From positions 1 to 13,127 of the IMG/VR virus record IMGVR_UViG_3300045988_139834: a DNA stretch of 13,127 nt. One strand, written 5' to 3'. The DNA comes from a virus. The position numbers were made by a program, and so were the translations under genes. The notes beneath the pieces were generated by a model that worked only from the letters and a program-made list of their open reading frames with translations, did not search any database and was not told where the DNA came from. This document shows positions 1-5,530 of this stretch, one piece after another; position 1 is the stretch's first letter, and the number at the start of each line of letters is the position of its first letter.

Positions 1-239
1 AAAGTATATACATGTCCGTGTGTGACGGACAATTCCCCAAAAATGTACGCGAGTGACGGACACAGCTCGTCAGTTCTGTCCGCGGTAGATAAACACAAAC
101 CACCCAGTCTGTCCGCGGCGAACGCACACGAAACATATGTTCGAAATGGCTTCGCTCCCTCCGGTCGCTTCGCCCATGAGTTAGTAGCATTTAACTTAGA
201 CGGGAACAAAGTTAGTCCCAACTAACTCGCTCGCGAAAA
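1..239. repeat. Left inverted terminal repeat (ITR) of a linear protein-primed genome
   Basis: Base-by-base comparison shows 1-239 is the reverse complement of 12889-13127, with two mismatches (217 C vs T, 229 G vs A). Degenerate similarity continues to about 266. The ITR starts 5'-AAAGTA. By hand count it is about 50% GC, against a visibly AT-rich genome. Confidence 0.95.
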
Positions 240-264
240 AAAGAGGACAGCCGAAGCTACCCTC
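236..264 (-). terminator. Rho-independent terminator of the leftward early operon
   Basis: The minus strand reads GAGGGTAGC-TTCG-GCTGTCCTC followed by TTTTTTT. That is a 9-bp stem with two G.T pairs, a UUCG tetraloop and a 7-T run. It lies downstream of the polymerase stop at 403. Confidence 0.8.
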
Positions 265-402
265 TCACAGAAAATCACTTTTCAATTTCTTTTCTCAGTT
301 CTATATCATAACTAAGAAGTTCTGCTAAAAACACTCACAAACAGTCTGTCCAACTCTTCATTAGTTTTTACATATGTCATAGCGTCAATAGTTTCTATCA
401 AT

Positions 403-2517
403 TTATCTTTTGCGTTGTAAACTTTCAAGTTCATATCTTTTTAACCTCTCATTCTCTAAAAATTCATTCCAATTTCCAACAGATGCCAGAATATACATAT
501 ACTCAGCCGATAAACCGATTTCATATGTTGATTCTCGTAGCACAACATTTGAACGAATTTCAATTCTATGTTCTGGTGAATCATCCGTATAGTAAGTTCC
601 ATAATCACAGTCATTGTAGACTGATTCCAACTTACCCGTATCACGGAATATGAAGCCAACATTGAAGTTCTCGATTTTTCCCATTTCTCTCGCTCCTGAT
701 TTCTTCGGTACTCCCGCAATTGTAATTTTAAATTGTCCATCTTCATCAACATACGCATACTTTTTCGCTCCTAACGTCTTAAATTGTTTATATGTTTCTT
801 CATATTCATATACACCTAAGTAGTGTGTAACGCCTTTCTTATCATCGGCATATCCCTTATTTGAAATACTGAGTTCTTTAAGTTCTTGATTATATTCTTC
901 TATTTTCTGAACAATTCTTTCATAATCATCACGAACAAGGAACTTGACAGAATCAGTGTCGCAATATACAAAATTATCTCCAACAATGTTTATCATCTCT
1001 TTCAGCTTTAATCTCGCCCATGCAGTCACCCAACAGCCCCACGCATATAAAAGGAATGCTTTCTTGTTGTATTTTTCAAGTTTTTCTTCTATGTCAGCGA
1101 TTTCTTCAAGTTTAAAAGCTTGTTCTGGTTCATCCATGTAAATTACATCCGGCTTTACAGGGTTTTGGGCGCACATTCCATACAGTGAGTTGATTAATTC
1201 CTTACTTCTCATGTAGTTCAGTTCTTGCCCCTCAACATTCTTGAGTGATGTTTTCTTATGAAACAAGTCAATGACCAGATTTCTAAATGCCTGTGGTAAA
1301 TACCCATATTTTGCAATATATACTTGACTTATCTCAACTTTACCAACATACTCACTCTTGACTATCTTCCAATCAATATCGTTGAACACGTACACAGCTT
1401 TTTTAGCACTCAGTACTCGACCATTGTCTACTACTTGACCACTTATATCAATTGCCTTGTCAAGACTGAGGTACGGCGCACCGTAGTATATATCCCTCTG
1501 TTCTAGATTCGTGATAGTAAATACGGCAATGAAGCAACAATCTCTGATTTTGCACTTTCTCTCAAGTTCCTCTATATCAGTTATCATTCTCGGTGTGAAT
1601 ACACTCATGGGGAATCTATAATTAAGCATAACATCGGGATAACTGCTTGCTCTATCAAAACTTGCCACGTTTTCAAGTATCTGATTAACATGATACCTAT
1701 TAGCGTGCGTATCACCACCACGAAACTCAAGTCTTAGCAGTCTATACACATCTGTATTGCACATCATGGCATGAAGCTGTTTATAGTTATATGTTTTCAT
1801 TGCATTCCTAGCAAGCCGTCTTACATATCCAGTAGAAGTAAGTGGTATAGAATATAGTGTGTCATGTTCCATATCCATTCTAATTTTCATAGCTTCGAGC
1901 AGACCAACAACATCATTACATCCATATGCTAATTCGTATTCTGCCATTGCAGTCCACGGGTAACGCTTCTTAGAATAGTCATATTCAACCCCACTGAGCT
2001 TTTTATGAGCAACCCCCATGTCTTTAGTGAATGCGTCAAGACTTTTGTTTGTTTGTATATACGAACATCGGAACTGCACCCCCTCAATATCCGCTCTCAC
2101 AACTTTTCTTGACTTGAGAGCAAATATCTTGTTTTTCATAAAAGGTAGCCAATGTCGCATAAACTGAAATTCGTAACTCAAGTTATGCACCCATATCATC
2201 ACAGTGATACCATCATGGTAGAAGCTGTTTAACAACTCTATAAATTCTTCCCATGTTCTGCCGAAGCAGTACCATATATTCTCTGATTCTAAGTCCATTA
2301 CAGCAAATTGCCAGATATACATGATACTCTGTTCAATTTCATCCAGATAAGTAGTTTCAATGTCAAAAGCGCACATACAGTTGCGAAACAATGTCTTATC
2401 AACTTTTTTTCGTCTGTTGTAGTTTCTGGCAATCGGAATATTTTTGATAATACTAGAAAGATACTCTTTTTGGACTTCTTTTACGAAATTCTGACTCAAA
2501 TTCTCTATACCTCTCAA
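403..2517 (-). CDS. Protein-primed family-B DNA polymerase (phi29 gp2-like)
   Basis: Exo I is FDIET. Exo II is HNLSYEF. Exo III is YGCNDVVGLLEAM. Motif A is DRASSYPDVM, motif B is KELINSLYGMCAQ, motif C is VYCDTDSV, and the KxY motif is GAKKYAY. These match recalled phi29 motifs YSCDFETT, HNLKFDG, YIKNDIQII, DVNSLYP, KLMLNSLYG and YCDTDS. The start is uncertain: 2517 is a TTG with no clear SD, and the first ATG is at 2376, only 4 codons before Exo I. Confidence 0.93.
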   Translation of the reverse strand: MRGIENLSQNFVKEVQKEYLSSIIKNIPIARNYNRRKKVDKTLFRNCMCAFDIETTYLDEIEQSIMYIWQFAVMDLESENIWYCFGRTWEEFIELLNSFYHDGITVMIWVHNLSYEFQFMRHWLPFMKNKIFALKSRKVVRADIEGVQFRCSYIQTNKSLDAFTKDMGVAHKKLSGVEYDYSKKRYPWTAMAEYELAYGCNDVVGLLEAMKIRMDMEHDTLYSIPLTSTGYVRRLARNAMKTYNYKQLHAMMCNTDVYRLLRLEFRGGDTHANRYHVNQILENVASFDRASSYPDVMLNYRFPMSVFTPRMITDIEELERKCKIRDCCFIAVFTITNLEQRDIYYGAPYLSLDKAIDISGQVVDNGRVLSAKKAVYVFNDIDWKIVKSEYVGKVEISQVYIAKYGYLPQAFRNLVIDLFHKKTSLKNVEGQELNYMRSKELINSLYGMCAQNPVKPDVIYMDEPEQAFKLEEIADIEEKLEKYNKKAFLLYAWGCWVTAWARLKLKEMINIVGDNFVYCDTDSVKFLVRDDYERIVQKIEEYNQELKELSISNKGYADDKKGVTHYLGVYEYEETYKQFKTLGAKKYAYVDEDGQFKITIAGVPKKSGAREMGKIENFNVGFIFRDTGKLESVYNDCDYGTYYTDDSPEHRIEIRSNVVLRESTYEIGLSAEYMYILASVGNWNEFLENERLKRYELESLQRKR

Positions 2518-2959
2518 TTATCTGTGCTGGTTTTTCGTCTGAGTGTTCCAGAAATATGTCTACAGCCTTGTCACTGTCGTAGATTATATCTTGTGAATGC
2601 TCACGAACTTGTTCCATGAACTCATAGAATTTTGATGCCTGTCGGTAGTTTTTAAAGTAATCAGTGCCGAATGTTTCATTCAACATTTCAATAGTTTTTT
2701 TTCTCATACGTTTTCTCTCAGCTATCACAAATGTCTTATTCTTCAATGCCGCTTCTGCTTCACGAATAGCCATTTCTAAGTTACGTTTTGTCTTAATCTT
2801 AGAAACGCTAGGAATTCTTGGTTCTATATATGCCTTGGCTTTTTCAACATCTTTGACATATGCGCTTTTCGATACTTTCTCAATTTGTCCTATCAGCTTT
2901 TTTCTCAACTCCCTATACCTAACTTCAAGCTGTATTCTACTTGCAGATTTCTTTGCCAT
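2453..2959 (-). CDS. Candidate terminal protein (replication primer protein), assigned by position only
   Basis: A 168-aa, highly charged K/R/E-rich ORF lies immediately upstream of the polymerase ORF and overlaps it, the same arrangement as phi29 genes 3-2. I chose the ATG at 2959 because AAGGAG sits 10 nt upstream. The GTG at 2968 used by the ORF track is only 1 nt from that SD. I recognise no sequence motif. Confidence 0.45.
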   Translation of the reverse strand: MAKKSASRIQLEVRYRELRKKLIGQIEKVSKSAYVKDVEKAKAYIEPRIPSVSKIKTKRNLEMAIREAEAALKNKTFVIAERKRMRKKTIEMLNETFGTDYFKNYRQASKFYEFMEQVREHSQDIIYDSDKAVDIFLEHSDEKPAQIIERYREFESEFRKRSPKRVSF

Positions 2960-3110
2960 ATTTTCCACACTCCTTATTTAAGAGGGAGAGTATAACATTC
3001 TCCCTCAAAACGATCATTAATGTATTACTTCTAGAAGTCCCTAACTTCTCTGACAGGGAATCAAGGTTGTTTAATATTTGTTCGTCGAAGTTGATACTCA
3101 CAGTTTTCAT
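2937..3110 (-). CDS. Ribbon-helix-helix (CopG/Arc-like) DNA-binding protein, 57 aa, absent from the ORF track
   Basis: My own translation is MKTVSINFDEQILNNLDSLSEKLGTSRSNTLMIVLRENVILSLLNKECGKYGKEICK. It has an N-terminal beta-strand, then a helix, a G-x-S-R-S turn and a second helix, which is the classic RHH signature. A strong SD (AAAGGAGA) lies 5 nt upstream. Its ATG overlaps the upstream stop as ATGA. Confidence 0.65.
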   Translation of the reverse strand: MKTVSINFDEQILNNLDSLSEKLGTSRSNTLMIVLRENVILSLLNKECGKYGKEICK

Positions 3111-3190
3111 TTCTTTCTCCTTTCATCCAAACCGAACACTATCATTCCTACCATACAGCCTACAACAAAACCTAGCATTAAAAGACTCAT
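3107..3190 (-). CDS. 27-aa hydrophobic (single transmembrane) peptide, absent from the ORF track
   Basis: My own translation is MSLLMLGFVVGCMVGMIVFGLDERRKK. SD AAGGTGA lies 7 nt upstream. ATGA overlaps link it to both the 77-aa ORF stop and the RHH ORF start, indicating translational coupling. Confidence 0.4.
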   Translation of the reverse strand: MSLLMLGFVVGCMVGMIVFGLDERRKK

Positions 3191-3420
3191 TTTATAATCA
3201 CCTTAAAATCAATATTTGTAATATCATCCTCCCATATACTAGCTGATAACATACCCTCATTATCCTTGATGTAAATGGTGTAGCCCGTGTTATCCTTTTT
3301 AAATTCCAGACTGCTGTAGTCAACGTAGAAACGAAGATAATTAACTCTTAATGCTAATGTGTGATAATCCTTAGTGTTTTCAAGTTCCTCTAATTTTTTT
3401 CTTATTTCCTGTTTACTCAT
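3187..3420 (-). CDS. Hypothetical early protein, 77 aa
   Basis: It is the first ORF downstream of the leftward promoter, with SD AAGGAG 8 nt upstream of the ATG. No motif recognised. Confidence 0.6.
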   Translation of the reverse strand: MSKQEIRKKLEELENTKDYHTLALRVNYLRFYVDYSSLEFKKDNTGYTIYIKDNEGMLSASIWEDDITNIDFKVIIK

Positions 3421-3463
3421 TTTTAATCTCCTTATTATTTAGCTAGTTTCCTGTTACAAGTAT

Positions 3464-3492
3464 ATAATACCACGCTTATTGTTGAATGTCAA
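3464..3492 (-). promoter_or_regulatory. Leftward early promoter (sigma-A type, extended -10)
   Basis: The minus strand reads TTGACA, a 17-nt spacer, then TGgTATTAT. The -35 is at 3487-3492 and the -10 at 3464-3469. A GTTGA-atg-TCAAC inverted repeat overlaps the -35. Confidence 0.7.
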
Positions 3493-3512
3493 CAACCAAT
3501 TCGAAAAAATTG

Positions 3513-3541
3513 CTGACAAACCAAAAATATTATGCTATTAT
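3513..3541 (+). promoter_or_regulatory. Rightward promoter (sigma-A type, extended -10)
   Basis: CTGACA (3513-3518), a 17-nt spacer, then TGcTATTAT (-10 at 3536-3541). An A-tract lies upstream. The palindrome GTACT-caaga-AGTAC (3548-3562) sits at the predicted transcription start. Confidence 0.6.
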
Positions 3542-3601
3542 AATAATGTACTCAAGAAGTACACAGAAATGACACTATAATAAGAAAAGGAGTGAAACAA
3601 A

Positions 3602-3910
3602 ATGGTTAGAACTATTACAACCACAGTAATGAATCTGCACTACAGAGAGCAGGATTCGGACGAGATCAAAGTAGCTACGCGTGAATTTATCGGAACTGCG
3701 TGGACTCAGACAAAAATGTATAATGATATGAAAAAAGATGATCTTGTCCCGGCAGGTGCGACTGTGGAAAATATTACTACTGATACAAAATTCTGCACAT
3801 ACCACCTCACAGACGAAAACTTCGTCAAGGCGGCGATCAAGGAACTTGAAGACAGCAGAGTACCATCAGAACCGACAGAAGAAGCAGACATGAAATCTGT
3901 AGTGGATTAG
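3602..3910 (+). CDS. Hypothetical protein, 102 aa; possibly a phi29 p6-like dsDNA-binding protein
   Basis: SD AAGGAG lies 9 nt upstream. The size, an N-terminal T-rich segment (RTITTTV vs recalled p6 REITKTTV), an E-x-F-[IV]-G segment and an acidic C-terminal tail resemble phi29 p6 as I remember it. The similarity is weak. Confidence 0.6.
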   Translation: MVRTITTTVMNLHYREQDSDEIKVATREFIGTAWTQTKMYNDMKKDDLVPAGATVENITTDTKFCTYHLTDENFVKAAIKELEDSRVPSEPTEEADMKSVVD

Positions 3911-3952
3911 CATTGCAGTGTAGCTTTTCGATCACTATTTAATCACTAAAAC

Positions 3953-3966
3953 GTTTCACGTGAAAC
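3953..3966. promoter_or_regulatory. Perfect 14-bp palindrome GTTTCACGTGAAAC upstream of the SSB-like gene
   Basis: The palindrome was read directly from the sequence. It ends 8 nt before the AAGGAG SD. It is preceded by the direct repeat ATCACTA at 3931-3937 and 3942-3948. A near-identical copy lies at 7780-7797. Confidence 0.5.
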
Positions 3967-3986
3967 ATTAAAAAAGGAGAAATAAC

Positions 3987-4343
3987 ATGGACATTTTAAG
4001 AACAAATATTATGGACAACGAGTGGACTATGGATCTATCATACGATATGTTTGAATCCCCGGATAGAATGCGCGGAGCAGATCTTAAAGGACATCAGGTG
4101 CATATTGACAAGTATTGTCTCTATGTTGAAGAAGATGCGCATGGAAATCCAGTTAAAATCCTCACAGTATCAACAACTGAGGGACAGGTATTTGCAACTA
4201 CATCTGCGGCATTTGTTCGCACATTCGACAGAATTATGGAACTTGCAAAACGTTGCAACGTTGCAGATGTATGTATCGAAATCGTTGCAGAACGTAGCAA
4301 GAACAACCGGGAGTACATCACTGCAAAATATGTCAAAGAATAA
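3987..4343 (+). CDS. Hypothetical protein, 118 aa; possibly a phi29 p5-like ssDNA-binding protein
   Basis: SD AAGGAG is present. The C-terminal 58 aa (ILTVSTTEGQVFATTS...IEIVAERSKNNREYITAKY) align without gaps to recalled phi29 p5 (VTTIFAADGSLYSAIS...VKVVQGTSSKGNVFFSLQL), with scattered identities. The coding call is solid. The function is tentative. Confidence 0.65.
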   Translation: MDILRTNIMDNEWTMDLSYDMFESPDRMRGADLKGHQVHIDKYCLYVEEDAHGNPVKILTVSTTEGQVFATTSAAFVRTFDRIMELAKRCNVADVCIEIVAERSKNNREYITAKYVKE

Positions 4344-5394
4344 ATTCAAGAGCCTGTACACAACGCAAGGTTATCTGGATGTTGAGGGGATAGTCCAAAA
4401 AGGCTATCCCTTCAACTTTATCTGGGGGGGACGCGGTACGGGTAAGACATATGGTGGTCTGAAATATGTCGTGGAGCACAACAAGACTTTCATGTATTCC
4501 AGAACAAAACAAACTCAGCTTGATAAGATTAAGAATGTAGAGTTATCCCCATTCAAACCGTTAAATGCAGATAATGATTGGAATATACAGCCATTCCCTG
4601 TAGATGATATTGCAGGATTTTATCACACAGAACTTAATGAGAAAGACCGACTTGTGCCAGTTGGTTCACCTGTTGGTTATGCGTCAGCTATCACCACACT
4701 AGCGAATTTACGTGGATTTTCCGCTGAGGATGTGTCTGTATGGATATGGGACGAATTCATACCGCAGAAAGGTGACCGTGTTCCGAAAGGAATTGCAACG
4801 TCTTTTCTTCACGGCTATGAAACCATGAACCGAAACAGGGAGTTGAAAGGACTACCGCCGCTACAGGTGCTATGCTTCTCGAACTCAGACAATGTGGGCT
4901 GTGAACTGTTCGCCAGTCTAGGACTTATCCGCAAAGTCGCGGATATGTCACGGAAAAGACAGGAAACAGCTTTCCTCAAGTCAAGGGGCATCGCTCTGTA
5001 TAACTTATGTAATAGTCCTATCTCACAGGCGAAAAAAGAAACAGCACTCTATAAGATGGTAGGCGAACACAGCGGCTTTTCTCAAATGGCTTTAGGAAAC
5101 GAATTCTATGATACTGACTATTCAGATGTAAGATCGCAAAACCTATCGGAATATCTTCCGTTAGTATTTTTCGAAGAAATCGCAATCTATGAACACAAAT
5201 CATCAGATATGCTCTATGTGTGCAAACATAAGCAGGGTACACCAATTCGAGCATTTACCGGAATTAACGAGAAGAACATTAAAGCTTTTAAACGGTACTA
5301 TTCATGGATATGGAATGTAAATTATCTCGAAGACAAAATCTTTTTCGAGGACATAGAATCTAAATTTCTACTTGACAGCTATTTTCATATGTAG
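4330..5394 (+). CDS. DNA encapsidation (packaging) ATPase, phi29 gp16-like
   Basis: Walker A is NFIWGGRGTGKTYG (phi29 NFVIGARGIGKSYA). Walker B is WIWDEFI (phi29 TIVFDEFI). NRNRE...VLCFSNS matches phi29 FRNRE...CICLSNA. I chose the start at ATG 4330, which gives 354 aa against 332 aa for gp16. The ORF-track start at 4051 would add 93 aa overlapping the upstream gene. Confidence 0.88.
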   Translation: MSKNKFKSLYTTQGYLDVEGIVQKGYPFNFIWGGRGTGKTYGGLKYVVEHNKTFMYSRTKQTQLDKIKNVELSPFKPLNADNDWNIQPFPVDDIAGFYHTELNEKDRLVPVGSPVGYASAITTLANLRGFSAEDVSVWIWDEFIPQKGDRVPKGIATSFLHGYETMNRNRELKGLPPLQVLCFSNSDNVGCELFASLGLIRKVADMSRKRQETAFLKSRGIALYNLCNSPISQAKKETALYKMVGEHSGFSQMALGNEFYDTDYSDVRSQNLSEYLPLVFFEEIAIYEHKSSDMLYVCKHKQGTPIRAFTGINEKNIKAFKRYYSWIWNVNYLEDKIFFEDIESKFLLDSYFHM

Positions 5395-5400
5395 TACAAT
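5372..5400 (+). promoter_or_regulatory. Near-consensus internal promoter in the last codons of the ATPase gene
   Basis: TTGACA (5372-5377), an exact 17-nt spacer, then TACAAT (5395-5400). The predicted start is near A5407. It is the only TTGACA on the plus strand for which I could find a good -10. Confidence 0.6.
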
Positions 5401-5405
5401 GTTCG

Positions 5406-5497
5406 TATAGGGAAAACAAAAGTCCGTGGCACAAGGACATACAGCGGAACTGTAGTGCGAGGATTCGTCCAATCCATGATACGGACTTTCCCTATAT
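5406..5497 (+). ncRNA. Structured RNA element: three-way junction, candidate pRNA-like packaging RNA or structured late leader
   Basis: There is no ORF in 5395-5530. Hand-folded helices are as follows. P1a is 5406-5415/5487-5496 (UAUAGGGAAA/UUUCCCUAUA). A bulge spans 5416-5421. P1b is 5422-5427/5481-5486 (GUCCGU/ACGGAC). P2a is 5429-5432/5455-5458 (GCAC/GUGC), with a one-sided 7-nt bulge AAGGACA at 5433-5439. P2b is 5440-5444/5450-5454 with loop CGGAA. P3 is 5461-5465/5471-5475 (GGAUU/AAUCC) with loop CGUCC. Confidence 0.5.
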
Positions 5498-5530
5498 TTC
5501 ACAGTTCCAAAAAGAAAGTGGGTGATTAAA

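Noticed and set aside
22-225. A 67-aa ORF fills almost the whole left ITR. Its mirror copy lies at 12903-13106, and the stop falls near the ITR boundary.
   Set aside because: There is no Shine-Dalgarno sequence before either the GTG or the internal ATG, whereas every convincing gene here has one. An open frame is not surprising in a 200-nt stretch of about 50% GC. The sequence is better explained by repeat motifs and hairpins. The single ITR mismatch inside it would change the protein (P to S), which gives no sign of coding constraint.
267-402. Possible 22-29-aa minus-strand ORF (MTYVKTNEELDRLFVSVFSRTS) between the polymerase stop and the left terminator.
   Set aside because: It is very short and has no clear SD. 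I treat the region as the 3' untranslated tail of the early operon, although a micro-ORF cannot be excluded.
2664-3246. Plus-strand ORFs 2664-2981 and 2941-3246, with hydrophobic low-complexity translations.
   Set aside because: They are antisense to the tightly coupled, SD-equipped early genes on the minus strand. They have no SD of their own, and their Phe/Leu/Ile/Ser-rich translations are typical of the antisense strand of Lys/Glu-rich genes.
3571-3581. A second TATAAT at 3576-3581, considered as an additional rightward promoter.
   Set aside because: No acceptable -35 lies 16-18 bp upstream (the sequence there is CAAGAA). The promoter at 3513-3541 already explains transcription of this arm.
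4051-4329. A 93-codon upstream extension of the ATPase ORF overlaps the 118-aa gene. Two antisense ORFs (4121-4336 and 4170-4361) lie in the same stretch, so four of six frames are open.
   Set aside because: The extension has no SD. It would place Walker A about 125 aa from the N-terminus, against about 25 aa in gp16. It also overlaps a gene that has a strong SD. The multi-frame openness looks like a side effect of local composition.
5406-5497. Whether the structured element is a tRNA, a purine-type riboswitch or a hammerhead ribozyme, all of which also have multi-helix junction folds.
   Set aside because: There is no T-loop (GTTCGAATC-like) or D-loop and no cloverleaf with an anticodon arm. 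I could not find the conserved purine-riboswitch junction nucleotides or the CUGAUGA/GAAA hammerhead core.
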